Positions 1-12,697 of a stretch of 64,000 bases of DNA are shown piece after piece. A program made the translations under genes and the position numbers. The stretch is from Dicyema japonicum. Its lineage: Eukaryota; Animalia; Dicyemida. The stretch covers positions 11,791 to 75,790 of the forward strand of contig RDEW01000044.1 of the NCBI GenBank assembly GCA_011109175.1. The letters are read 5' to 3'. Numbering within the stretch: the first letter of the stretch is position 1; the number at the start of each line of letters is the position of its first letter. The notes under the pieces are model-generated. The model had not been told where the DNA came from. It made no database searches and saw only the letters and a list, made by a program, of their open reading frames with translations.

Positions 1-494
1 CTTAGTTGGCGGGGTGGTTTCGGGAATAGTTATTGGAGAGTGGTGATGTATACCCTTCTCTTAAGACACGTCGTGAGAGTATATTGATGAGAGTTGCACT
101 GCCTGCACAGGGTGGCAAATCCCTTTCCATTTTTTTCGGATAAGGTTTTCAAGTGATGAGAGTATTAGCTTTTTCTAGTTTCCCGAGATTACTAATAGTA
201 GTGGCTGTTAAGGCCTGAATGTCCCGGATTCTTTGTTTGTTCGTCCAGGACAGATTGATCTATTAATGAATCAATTGGCAAGCGATCTCAATAAGTCTAC
301 GTCATTATAAATTTAAACTTTAATTTTCAACGTTTACGGGTTATTACGGTACAACAGGGTTAGTAGAGTCTTTTGTAGACAACTAGTAAAAAATCATATC
401 TCTTGGGGTAATCGCAAATGTAAGAAGCTTAGACGACAAATGTCTGCTCGTATCATCTGCTTTCTATTCATTTACCACAATTGTCAACCAATCA

Positions 495-1495
495 AAGAAC
501 AAGGGATATTGCAATCTCACCAAAACGCCAAGATTACGAAGAGTGGAACATTAACCTATTATAGAATTCGAGTTTCTTTCCAAATTTCGTTGATATGAGA
601 GCATGTACTATTTATAGTTCTATTTATGTCAAGGAACAAGGGATATTGCAATCTCACCAAAACGCCAAGATTACGAAGAGTGGAACATTAACCTATTATA
701 GAATTCGAGTTTCTTTCCAAATTTCGTTGATATGAGAGCATGTTCTATTTATGTCTTCGAAAAGGAAATTTCTAATTTTAATTCTTTCTTCTTTCCCCTC
801 TCTTTGAACAGTTGCAATGGGAATAGTTGGTTCAGTTTCCTTACTCTCTGTAACCCAAAACCCGAAAATATCAAAAAACTGACAATTCTGCTGAAAAAGT
901 GTTCGGAGTGATATTTCATCATTAGGATTACCAATGAAACACAACTTCACTTATCAGGGACATACTGGTATCCAAGTTAATATCATCATATTAGTACGTC
1001 TTCCGGTAGATGATCCTTCGAAGTACCTTTGAAATTAATAGGTGGTATTCATACTTTTTTGTTATTTTACCTACACGATAATAAAATCGTGGTAAATAAT
1101 TTAATTTAAAAATATTTTTTAATTTAATTTGNAAAGGAAATTTCTAATTTTAATTATTTCTTCTTTCCCCTCTCTTTGAACAGTTGCAATGGGAATAGTT
1201 GGTTCAGTTTCTTCACTCTCTGTAACCCAAAACCCGTAAATATCAAAAAACTGACAATTCTGCTGAAAAAGTGTTCGAAGTGATATTTCATCATTAGGAT
1301 TATCAATGAAACACAACTTCACTTATCAGGGACATACTGGTATCCAAGTTAATATCATCATATTCGTACGTCTTCCGGTAGATGATCCTTCCAAGTACCT
1401 TTGAAATTAATAGGTGGCATTCATACTTTTTTGTTATTTTACCTACACGGTAGTGAAATCGCGGAAAATTATTTAATTTAAAAATATTTTTCACT
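495..1495. repeat. Nested local tandem duplications (~140 bp and ~370 bp)
   Basis: 495-610 repeats at 633-750; 760-1115 repeats at 1133-1490 across the single 'n' at 1132. Confidence 0.85.
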
Positions 1496-1604
1496 TTAAT
1501 TTTTTATTTATTTAATTTAAAAAAAATTAGACAATTTTTTTCAATAACAGATGTTGTTAACTTGAAAAATAAAATGATAAAGTAATCGATTTCATAATAT
1601 ACGA

Positions 1605-2337
1605 ATGACTAGTAACTCTATGATTGCATTCATTTATTCCGATTGCGCTTTAATTGCCTCTGATTGTGTTAAGGATAATGATATTCCTATGCGTGACTCT
1701 TAGTAATTTACATATAGCTGGCGATAACTTTTGCTACAGAATATTTCAAATCACCGATTTTATAGCAGTTGGGATATCAGGGGTAGAAATCGGAATTATA
1801 AACTTATACTATGAGTCATTCAACATAATATAGTTTCTGTCATCATTAACAGATAGTGAACATTATTATAAGGAATCTCATGTTTCTTTTTCGTTATCAT
1901 ATTTTTCCGGTAAACTCGCTGCTTATATGAAAAGTCATCGATATCCGACGGTTTGACGTTAATCTATTTTAGGAAGCTATAGTCATTGGCCTTGATAAGG
2001 ATATGAAGGTTAATCTGATGAAAATAGACACTAAGGGAAATTTGGCTGTGAAAGATATAGCTTGCATTGGAGCTAGATCAGCAGAGGTTCAGAGAATTTT
2101 AACTGAATAGTATTTATGTTCTCATTGCTTTTAGTGTTATAGGTTACCATCCTGAAAATACTGATCTTGCTGTTCTAATCTCCTTTAATCTTTTATTTAA
2201 TGAATCAACGTTTAAACGCTTTGGGGTTTTCACCAAGAGTATTAGCGTATATTTTTTTAGTGTGGATTATTGGTCCTTCTATGGAAAAGGGATGTTTCAT
2301 AACTATTAACAGAGATAGAAAAATCCAATTTGTTTAA
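1605..2337 (+). CDS. Divergent proteasome subunit-like (Ntn-hydrolase fold) protein, paralog A, 6 exons, ~204 aa
   Basis: Not in the ORF track. ATG at 1605; removing GT-AG introns 1693-1717, 1833-1856, 1951-1972, 2110-2134 and 2239-2260 gives an open frame to TAA 2335-2337: MTSNSMIAFIYSDCALIASD...YRIFQITDFIAVGISG...EAIVIGLDKDMKVNLMKIDTKGN...ACIGARS. The pattern matches 20S proteasome subunits and is colinear with paralog B. Confidence 0.8.
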
Positions 2338-2389
2338 ATTATTTAAAATTTAATTTATTAAAATATTTCTTTTTATTTATTTCAAATTC

Positions 2390-3640
2390 GTCTTATATTG
2401 TGGTGTTGTGGCTTTATGTTACCTGAAAAGATCAGAATGGCTTCCATCAAGTTTGATAGGAGAGACCAGAAGGGCATTCGTCCATGAAGGACAATATTTT
2501 TGAATTGTTAAAAAATCAAAGATTTTAATAGGACGACTTTACTAAGAATTATTGAAAATATACTATAATTACAATGTCTCTGACAATTAAGCTGTTGTCC
2601 TAAGAAATGACCCAAAAAACTGGAAACTGAGTCGAAATCCACATATGACTTGGTCTTAGTGACACTAAACAATGCAACTATAAGTCATATGCACGTAATA
2701 GGTCGATGAGAGGCTCAATCCATGAAACTTTTGAAATTTAGTTTTTTAATTGTAGCTTTGTACTAAGAATTCTAGTTCTGTTCAATTTATTATACTGAAC
2801 AACATATGCTTCCTTGTTTTTAAAAATATTTGCGAGTTAGTAACCCTACTAATATCTCTCTGTTTCTTCTAAAGGTATAATGACCAAGTTCTTCCAAATT
2901 TTGTGTAAATATGATTCAAAGTGGGAACACAGTATATCCGACGCTTAATGTCTCAAAACTTCTTAGATCAAACGTCTTCTTAGTTCATTACTTCCATTAC
3001 TTGCAAGATGGGTTAAATTTGAGACCTCATCCTGAAATCACCGCATCAACCATCCGAAAGCTTGGTTTTATCTTAAATATTTAAAAACGATTGGATGATT
3101 CTGTTCACTAGCCTCTTCCACTCCTTAGGAATCTCAAATCAGCATTGAGAACATCACAAACATCATAGTTGACGTTTACAGAATCTTCCCTGATGCTTAT
3201 GTAGTCTTCAGTGATGGCATCTTTCTGTGTGCAGACGGTTGAAGACAAACCTGTTCGCCAGGTCCCAATATTTTCTCCTTTCAATAACCTCGACTCTAGA
3301 AGATTTAAAATCCACACGTGCTAAAGTTAGGCATATTTGTAATAGGATATATCCATAAAGGGAGTTCATAGTGACGATCAAGTGGATTACTGCAAACCAG
3401 GGGTACCCAAACTTTTTCATCCAGCGCCCCCTTTGCATAATCAAAAACAATATTTTCCCCAAGCAAGTAATATGAATTTATTTCCAAGAATTATTGACGC
3501 AGCAAGTTGCAAATAAATTCTATATTTTTCAATATTAAACATAAACTATTCTCCACATGCGATATCTCAAATGAACTTATATTCTGAGAAGGTTGCTACA
3601 TTTCTGATATCAATACTTCTAGAATTGATGGAATAAGTTA
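2390..3640 (-). other. Possible multi-exon gene or pseudogene of unknown function
   Basis: Overlapping minus-strand ORFs (3108-3487) in non-repetitive, coding-like sequence with several ~22-29 nt GT..AG segments. I could not build a complete frame. Confidence 0.25.
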
Positions 3641-3834
3641 TTCACCAATTGTGTGAGGCTCCCCAATGATTAAAGTGATTTTATGAAAACAAAATTTTTT
3701 GAAAATATTGTCTCTAACCTGCGTTGACCGTTTTGTTTTTTCTTTAGTTTTTGGTCCGCTAAATTTATAAAATATAAAAACCGTTTGTATATTCTTTTTC
3801 AATCTGGAAAGTTTCATAACATTGTTTAAAATTA

Positions 3835-4060
3835 TTCCAAAGACCAGAATAACCAAACTAACCAACTCCTTGATCCTTCGAACGTTCCAGAACTTGTCTC
3901 CAGGAAACAACATTGTACCCATGGGAAAGAATAGTTGCATCCTCTTGATGCCGGCCAAGAATTGGGCGTCTCCTAAGAAAGGTGGACCCAATGATGCGAT
4001 CGGAGGAAAGGAAAATAATATTTGACCAACTAACCACATATCACCACATGGCGTCACGCG
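3835..4060 (-). mobile_element. SINE-like non-autonomous element, family 2
   Basis: Shares its head (GTG.CGCCATGTGGTG..TGTGGTT) and core (GCATCAT..G.TCCACCT.TC.TAGG.GACGCCCA...GGCCGGCA) with 16131-16460. Its tail GGATCAAG...GTTAGTTTGGTT matches the 3' end of the LINE at 35314-35375. Confidence 0.6.
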
Positions 4061-4184
4061 CCTCGTTTGAAAACAACTTTGGGCATATAGAGAAAAAAAG
4101 TTTTTTTACAAAATATATTTTTTAATTTTTTATAAATCGTGAAAAAAATTAAAAAATATTATTACAATATCCAATTATACTTTT

Positions 4185-4730
4185 AAGAAATGGCCAGTCC
4201 TTGACATTATAACATAAACTCGATTATACAACTCGCTAGTGAAACTTATACTACTATGTAACGCTGGTACCTGGGCATGCTCAAGAAATAAATTAAGGAT
4301 GCTTATTGCATTTCATAGAGACCAACTACGGCAGATGATGTTCAAAAGAAGTTATGCGAGGATGTTATCTAATCTTCTCTATAAAAGGACGAGGACCTCT
4401 GAAATTTTAAATGAAATTCTGGATACACGATAGAGGCTTTTCGGCCATATTCTGCGACTAAACCTAGATTTCCCCGCGAGCGTAGCCATGGAGGATTATT
4501 TCATGTTTGAAGCCCCCCGTTTCCATGGTCGCCCAAGGACGACACTGCCAGTCGTTCTCGACGAGGACTTCAAAGAAATGGGACGGCATCTTGGAAGTTG
4601 AAAGGATCTGACTGGTTACGTACTGCGGCTTTGAATAAGAGGAAGTGATTGAAATTAACTATGAATTGCTAACTCGTGTTGCACATGCTTTGTCAAGTCC
4701 TATGTCATAGCGATAAGTGCAAATAATAAT
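4185..4730 (+). mobile_element. RTE-like non-LTR retrotransposon, 3' fragment (family B), decayed
   Basis: Translates as LILLCNAGTW..AFHRDQLR..LFGHILRL..PASVAMEDYF..GRPRTTLPVVLDED with a (TAA)n tail. Confidence 0.75.
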
Positions 4731-4773
4731 AAATGGCCTGTTTTCTGTCGTCAGGAAGACATGATGATTGTCC

Positions 4774-6085
4774 AATTTCTTACAAATACGCACGTAAATT
4801 CACTTGGTGACCACAACGTAAGCGCGTCAAGTGGACACTAATTTTTTTTGAATTAATGAATCACAATAATTCATTAAAGCTTTCGCTTCCGAGGTTAAAT
4901 GGAGAAATATGTCCACCCTCGCCATTCCAATTCCTTACAAATACGCACGTAAATTCACTTGGTGACCACAACGTAAGCGCGTCAAGTGGACACTAATTTT
5001 TTTTGAATTAATGAATCACAATAATTCATTAAAGCTTTCGCTTCCGAAGTTAAATGGAGAAATATATTCACCCTCGCCATTTTCATCACACATTCCTCCG
5101 TTGGAGAAATCACTTCATTCATTGGCGGAAGACCTTTCACTGTGAAAATTTTCACCTAACTGATTGTCGTTTAGAGAAGCTTAATGTTTATTTGTCTAAA
5201 AGCTTATTGACCAGCAAGAAAAAAGCTGTTAGGAATAGTGTTTTTGGTGATATATACAAGTCCTATAAATTTGTTAAAACGAGCTAATGCGAGCTAATAG
5301 GTGTTTGCTGTGAATGGCGGAAACACAAATACGAGTGGCGGGTAACGTAAAATAAAATTAACCACATCATTTAGGGATTAGAAATGTGGTATGTGTCGTA
5401 GNAAATTTGTTAAAACGAGCTAATGCGAGCTAATAGGTGTTTGATGTGAATGGCGGAAACACTTGTAGGATTACAAATACAAGTGGCGGGTAACGTAAAA
5501 TAAAATTAACCACATCATTTAGGGATTAGAAATGTGGTATGTCTCGTAGTTGTGCGCCTGTAATAATTTACAAATTGGAGCTTGTGTCCGATCGCAACTT
5601 AGCGTTTTATCAGGTTATTCTTGTGTCCATATGTATTCAAAATTAATTTACATGTCAGAAGAAATGGGAGAAACTTTGACTTCCTCTACGTTAATAACAA
5701 GTTTCATTACCTCCAAAAATGCACACTCGTATTTCAGATGTAAGTGTTCAACCAGACAGTTTCGTTTGTGTATGTAGTTCGTACGAATAAGCATAAGATT
5801 TTCGAATTGAGTGTCGTAGAGAAAATACGAGTCTTTTTTTTTTATTCAGGGATTTTTAATGNCAAAGTTAATTTACATGTAGGAAGAAATGGGAGAAACT
5901 TTGACTTCCTCTACGTTAATAACAAGTTTCATTACCTCCAAAAATGCACACTCGTATTTCAGATGTAAGTGTTCAACCAGACAGTTTCGTTTGTGTATGT
6001 AGTTCGTACGAATAAGCATAAGATTTTCGAATTGAGTGGCGTAGAGAAAATACGAGTCTTCTTTTTTTATTCAGGGATTTTTAAT
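4774..6085. repeat. Three consecutive tandem duplications (~135-225 bp units)
   Basis: 4774-4927/4928-5080; 5266-5400/5403-5550; 5640-5860/5863-6085. Two of them have an 'n' at the junction. Confidence 0.85.
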
Positions 6086-7387
6086 GAATTTATTACCATG
6101 GTAAATGACAATATGTGGGATTGTAATTTTAGCTTGAAGCTCTTGTAGGAAAATAAAAAGATAAAGAGCCAATAGTCTTCCAAAATTATTGAGAGTCATA
6201 TCTTCGTGTCCTTATCTAAGAAGAGACATTTTATTGCAAATCAGCAACAAAGCCGGTCCGCATTCGAATATTTTTTGAATTATGCAAACACGACACATAG
6301 AAAAAGTGTTTTTTAAAGAACAAATCTGACGCTTCAAGATGGAGAAACAACGATACTGCAGGGCTAAGTAGAGATGATCTTTTCTGGATTTGGGTGGAAT
6401 TTAAACGTTAAGGGAGGAAAACATCTCGATGATGAAAATGATGGTTCAGTGAATCTGTCTTATTATCCCATTCACAGGGAAAAAACACAACTTGACACGG
6501 ATTTGGTGGAAAGCTTAACAGTGTTAGTTTTTATGTTCCCAACATTAATCCCTTAGGTATGACCGGCAGCTAGATATAGGTAATTTCATACGTTTCTGAT
6601 AACCGTTAAGAGGCCACCATCAATCCCTTAACCAGTTTTTGCAGATTACAAAATAACTTTTTACTAAGGTAACATTACAGGATTAAAAAAAATTTACACG
6701 CTCTTTCCTATCAAACAACTACAGAAAGTGATCCGATGGCCTCATGTGATCCAAGTGTTTCCAGTAACACGATGAAATGAGAAAAAAAATCGTCGTTTTC
6801 TTATCTCTATTCAAGGAGTTCACATAATTAACGACTGAATGTTTTCTTCACTATTTGCTGATATAGATTGACTTTTGTGACATTGGAAAATCTCTTTATT
6901 TCTTAGAGAGAAAGTTAAAATATAAATTTTTAATAGAAATACAATTTATCAGGCTCCACCATCCAAGAGACAGTTTTATTGTCACAGACGATTGCAAGGC
7001 GTTGTGAGAGCTTCTTTCACTTGGGTTTCTGTCTCGTGTCGCGATTATATTTTCGAATTTATTGATAATTCTTGTATCTATTCTCTTAAGGAAACACTTG
7101 ATGAAAATCGCATCCCACGTTTTCTAATACTGTTTCTTCTAGAAATGTCCTTTAATAGGTCTCTCTTACAGATCCGGGTTTTGGATATGGCCTAGTTAAC
7201 TTCTCTCTGGGTTTACACGAAGAAAATTAATGTGAAAGTTCAAAAAGACATACAACTTTTTCGGTCCTCGCTTGAGGGATCGGATTTATTCGTAAAGATT
7301 ATTTCATCAGCCCCGACTGTTATAGGAAATGACGTTGATCATGAAGTTACTACTCATTTCTATATAAATTCCCTGCTTAACATAATA

Positions 7388-7579
7388 TGTCACGAGCCTA
7401 GGGTGTTACCGAGCCTAGGTGGTTTCTTCAAATAGACACTAATTCCCTATGCTGTTTTTATTTAATAAAAAAATTTAATTTCCTTTATTTATCTCAAACA
7501 ATAAATTAATTTTCAATCTTTATCGAAAAATAACCTAAGTTTAACCACCTAGGCTCGGTAACATCCTAGGCTCGTGACA
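7388..7579. mobile_element. MITE with 37-bp terminal inverted repeats and TGT...ACA ends (Ginger-like)
   Basis: TGTCACGAGCCTAGGGTGTTACCGAGCCTAGGTGGTT at 7388 and AACCACCTAGGCTCGGTAACATCCTAGGCTCGTGACA ending at 7579 (1 mismatch), around an AT-rich core. Confidence 0.85.
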
Positions 7580-7762
7580 AAATAACCAATGGTTGTGACG
7601 AAATTAGTAAAGTATGTTTAAAAAGCCAATAAGTATTGTTCCATAGGATAGTCATATATGATGATAAGAAATACACTAACATTCAAGATGGTCTCTAGAT
7701 TTACAAATTTGTTGACTCTTTCATTAAAGAACTTTCGAAGACGATAGTAATCAAAAGAAAAA

Positions 7763-7834
7763 TGCATCAGCCGGGAATCGAACCCGGATCACAAGGTTGG
7801 AAGCCTTGCATAATAACCATTATACAACTGATGC
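7763..7834 (-). tRNA. tRNA-Gly (anticodon TCC)
   Basis: Reverse complement folds as a cloverleaf: acceptor GCATCAG/CTGATGC, anticodon arm CAAGG-CTTCCAA-CCTTG, T-arm CCGGG-TTCGATT-CCCGG. It is followed by a TTTTTCTTTT Pol III terminator. Confidence 0.95.
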
Positions 7835-9119
7835 ATTTTTTATTCATAACTATATAAAACAATAAATTTAAATTTCATAAATAATAAAATATTTTCAATA
7901 TTAAAATATGTCTGCTATTTGATAGCTCTTATTTGTGCAAAATTATCCAGAAAAAATTCTTTTAGTTTATTCCTCTTTCGCACGGTTTTGTGAACTTTCC
8001 AGAGATGGTTAGACTGGGATTTCAAAACTTGCAGGATTTTTGTTGCATATATTTTATGTTTTTGTAGCTTCCCTTGTCCGTGATGTTCCCATTTTTATAT
8101 CAAAAAAGTAGAAGGATTTGTTAGCTTCACATTTATTAATCGCTAGTAATCGTTATGATGAATTATCTTGTATTTGTCAGGTTTTCTGAACTCTCATAGA
8201 TATTTTAATCACCTGATCTGAGTTTGCTATGGAATATATCATCTTTAGATCGACTTTTTCACGTTTCTGACTATTTTACTTTGAGTTATAATTTGACTCT
8301 TAGTAGCGTCTGAAAATATCATAAGTGACAACGAAAGAACAAATGCGATATTTTAAATAATTTATTTTTATTTTTAAAATTATTATTTATGTCTCGATTT
8401 ATAATTGTTTTCCTAATTTAAACATAAATAAATAACACGACGTTCTCGATTCCAGGTTTCCAATCTAAAAGGATGTCACTTCTCAGACGGCCCTTTATTG
8501 GCCTTACTAATCTATTCTGATACCTTATCAGAAGGACGACATCGATGTATGTTTTCACTAGAGACAAAGCAATCACTTTTACATTCCTCTGCAACACCAC
8601 TGTCAGATCAACTACTAGGAATAATTACTCGAGTAGGAATAAAGGACATGACGACTTCCTAGTTGCTACAATCTCTCTTCCTCTGCGGAATAAAATCTCT
8701 CATTACTAATGAACATAAGAGATGCACATAACCCCTCAGTATAAAGGATTTTGTATTTTCTTGAAGGACTTGCAAAATTATCAAGACATGTTGAGTGGAT
8801 ATACAAATGCAAAAAATCAAACCTAGTTGANGTATGTTGTCACTAGAGACAAAGCAATCACTTTTACATTCCTCTGCAACACCACTGTCAGATCAACGAC
8901 TAGGAATAATGACTCGAGTAGGAATAAAGGAGATGACGACCCTTTAGTTGCTTCAATCTCTCTTCCTCTGCGGAATAAAATCTCTCATTACTAATGAACA
9001 TAAGAGATGCACATAACCCCTGAGTATAAAGGATTTTGTATTTTCTTGAAGGACTTGCAAAATTATCAAGACATGTTGAGTGGATATACAAATGCGAAAA
9101 ATCCAACCTAGTTAAAAAA

Positions 9120-10040
9120 TAAAATGGCCGTCACTAGAAGAATCCTTATATTGGTATCCTGGAACCTGTAATCCTCAACAATACACGTGGACACTGTATA
9201 GCATGGGTTCAAGATTGGTAGATGGATGGAGACATTCCAGAAAGCTCGGCTCCCTCCTCGGGGATGGTGAGGACATATCCCAGAGGAAAGTACTATCGAC
9301 GGTCGCACTGAACAGGATAAAGACGGATTGGTTGGCTGACAGACAAGTAACGATCGCGCTTCGTTTGCGCATCTATAATGCTTTCGTGAAACCGGTCCTG
9401 CTATGTATCTCTTCCTGCTGGGGAATCTCGGTCTCAGAAGCCAAAAATCTTAACTCCTTCCACCGAAGGCAATTACGAATACTTTGTGGGCTACAATGGG
9501 CGACACGGATCAATAATGAGGCACTGTACCGAAAGTGCTCAACGCGACCTGTGATNATATATCTCTTCCTGCTGGGGAATCTCGGTCTCAGAAGCCAAAA
9601 ATCTTAACTCCTTCCACCGAAGGCAATTACAAATACTGTGTGGGTTACAATGGCCGACACGGATCAACAATGAGGCACTGTACCGAAAGTGCTCAACGCG
9701 ACCTGTGACATGAGATGTGGTAGAGGCCCGATGGAGAATGTTTGGACACGTCCTACGGATGGGTCCCACATCACCTGCAAATTTGGCTATGGAGGAATAT
9801 TTCGCTGCAAGTGGAAGTAAATATCGTAGACGCCCGTGTACTACGCTACCGGGGGTGCTGGATGAGGATCTTAAGGAAATCAACCGGAGGCTCGTAATTG
9901 GGGAGGATCTGGATTCTATGAGAAGTTTGGCATGTAACAAGAGAGGATGGACGAGATTTATCGGTAAAATCGCTTTAAGTGCCGCACGTGTGGAAACATA
10001 ACAATTATGTTTCTAGGATAGTTGCCTATAATAATAATCA
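9120..10040 (+). mobile_element. RTE-like non-LTR retrotransposon, 3' part (family B)
   Basis: LRLRIYNAFVKPVLL, SFHRRQLR, RWRMFGHVLRM, RRPCTTLP; (TAA)n tail. Confidence 0.8.
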
Positions 10041-10231
10041 ATACACAGTAATGTCTTGATTAAAGTGCATGAAAAAAATTCTAATGGGTCGATTATTCCT
10101 TGAAAAAAACCTATCATTTTGAATTTCAACTATCTTAATAGCGTGAAGAGTATTAACAGACAAAAAAGAACTTCAACCAATTAGCCACATAGCACCACAT
10201 GCCATACTTTATTTTTTTAAATTTATTACAT

Positions 10232-10780
10232 ACAGAAGAAGCGCCGGAAGGGGAACACGTCATGCTGCTCTGAATGATGTGATCGTCAGAGCTCTGACGG
10301 CTTCAGGCTTCCCAGCACAGTTTGAACCGATGGGTCTTGATCGAGGAGATTGGAAGAGACCTGACGGGATGACCCTTTTCCCCTTCACGTCTGGAAGATC
10401 TTTGGTCTGGGACGCAACTTGCATAGACACGTTCTCAAGCACGAACATTTTTAAATCGGTTCAGACACCTGGAGCAGCTGCTTCGACTGCGGAAAACCTA
10501 AAAATCAAGAAATATTCTTGCCTCGGGGATCGCTACCGATTTACTCCTGTTGCGACCGAATCATCGGGAGCCGTTGGTCCAATGACGGCTGAATTCTTGC
10601 AAGAACTCGGAGGATTGCTTGCCAGAAAGAAAAGGGATCAACGAGAAGGGTTATGGCTAAGACAAAAGATTGGAATAGCCATACTCCGAGGGAACTCGTT
10701 CGCAATCCACGCAGCAGGCTTCCTCAACTGACATTTGTTTAATTGTTAAAAAAAATTTTTGTTAAAAAAAAAAATTATTA
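10232..10780 (+). mobile_element. CRE-clade non-LTR retrotransposon 3' end (restriction-like endonuclease)
   Basis: RHAALND..KRPDGMTLFPFTSGRSLVWDAT..K..KY..FTPVATE..G..G..LRQKIGIAILRGN, followed by an A-rich tail. Confidence 0.85.
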
Positions 10781-11984
10781 CATGTAAATCAAAAAATATT
10801 AAAAATTATATTTTAGAAATATTAAAACTAGGGCAAAATCCTGATGATTCAAGTTGTGATGCCTCCGGGATGAAATCTTACCGTGTGCATTCCGACTGAA
10901 GGTTCCACACATCTATGAAGCTTTGGGTATGCCTAGTAACACCTTCATCAGTTAATGATCACTGTGGAACCGAACCGTCTGTATTTGACCCAAACGCTAG
11001 AAAAAATAAAATTTGAATTTTTAAATAAATTTAATCTTCAAAATGTATACGTAACCATCGTTAATGTTCAATTTCCGGGGTCGTGTCCGACATATTAACC
11101 TAACTTAAACTAATTTTAGCCTTTTTAAATATAATAAAATTCTGATTTGTCTGATTTCAGTTAATTGAATTGACAGATTTAAGCATAAGACCTTTGAAAA
11201 CCGTTTTGACAGATATTAGTTCCTCATTCTAACTTAGCAGAACTTATCTATCACTTAGGCTTAAAGGTATATCTCAATTCCTCACTTGCGGTATAAGAAG
11301 TCTAATTAATTCGTTTAATGCTAATAAATGCGATCCTTTTTGGATGAGTCATAGATATTTAGTTTCTTATCCACAAGAAACCCAACTTTTCAGGAAGTAA
11401 AAAAATGTTACAATTTTAACTTATTTGAGTATGATTGACTCCCGAATTGATATGAAGACTAGATAATCTTATCTTTTCATCAAACAGTGATCGTATTAGA
11501 GGTCATCTAAGACACTTATTTACCACAAAAAGGCATGTCGTTTAGTTTACTCTAAAATCCGTGCGATAATGCTAGGTGTGTGATTCCATATAACTCTTGA
11601 CGTTCATTAGCTAGCAATAGAGAATTTAACTCGTGTAAACGTATGGTCACTTCTGATAGTAATTTCACATTTTGATCTCTGTGATGAGAACTTGAGAGAA
11701 CGTGCTCAACATGTTTTACCAAATCTGTGATAAATTGTTCAATAACAAGCAAAAAATGTACTTAAACGACCGACAACTAACACGTGGTTACAATTATGAG
11801 TAAATAAAATTCCATTAATGGGTATTTGATGAAATCGGAGGTTTGGTAATTGGATCGAAGATACGTGTAGTAAGGACTCTAGAGAGTACGGAAATAGCTA
11901 CACAATTAACATCAGGAACCACGTGAGTGTTCTTAATTTACGAAATTGTCATTTCCTACCAAAAAACAACCATTAAATTATATA

Positions 11985-12697
11985 TCAGTTTAAAATCATA
12001 TTTGCAATGTCGGAAATAAAGTTCCCCTTTTGAATTATCTGATTGAGGTACCAAACTGAATAAGTATGATGACTACTTGTATACTTTCCCAAGTTCGTCA
12101 AAGGCTCCGCATTGTAGAAGACATTGGAAGCTACCCGGATAGCATCATTAGTATCCGCCGGTCTGTCACTTCTTAGTCTACAGTGATGGAGTACATTTAC
12201 AAGCGAATTAAATCCCTCACCAACAGCTTTGCGCTAGATCCAATGCAAAAGACGTCGTTAGCGTAAACATTGGCTGTGACGTCAAAGCACATCAAACTAA
12301 TAGAATTCGACTCGACTCCGAGAATTAGCAACTCCTAAAGTACGCAATTCCCCCAAACTGTGTCAAATTTTCGTCCTTTCATATATTTTTGAAGTTGGGG
12401 TACGAAATGTCTCATCGGAATACAAATCCGATATTGTTGAAAATATTGGCTATTTTTTTAGTAAAAAAAAAACTTCGCGTAATATACGGATGCGTTGTGT
12501 AAGTCCAGAACTTCCCATTCCACACCAAACATTCCAACGGCGAGAGACTTTGTTATTTGAAATATCCTGATGCAAGGATCATCGCTATCTGAATGTAATA
12601 AAATGTCACATTGAGGAGTATCGTTATCACCTGCAGAGTCGGAGGCAATTATTGCACAGTTTGAGTATTTAAATGCAATAATCACGTTACTCGGCAT
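11985..12697 (-). CDS. Divergent proteasome subunit-like protein, paralog B, 6 exons, ~199 aa
   Basis: ORF 12458-12697 extended through introns 12589-12609, 12450-12473, 12335-12358, 12178-12200 and 12056-12076: MPSNVIIAFKYSNCAIIASD...IRIFQITKSLAVGMFG...YYANQYFQQYRICIP...ELLILGVES...FDVTANVYANDVFCIGS. Intron phases (1,2,0,2,1) are the same as in paralog A. Confidence 0.8.

Noticed and set aside
495-9600. Many two-copy tandem repeats as CRISPR-like or satellite arrays
   Set aside because: They are always two copies with no repeat-spacer structure, often joined by a single 'n' (1132, 5402, 5862, ~8832, 9556), which indicates unmerged contig overlaps. Similar cases occur at 22630-22860, 23093-23272, 27718-27957 and 53727-54075.
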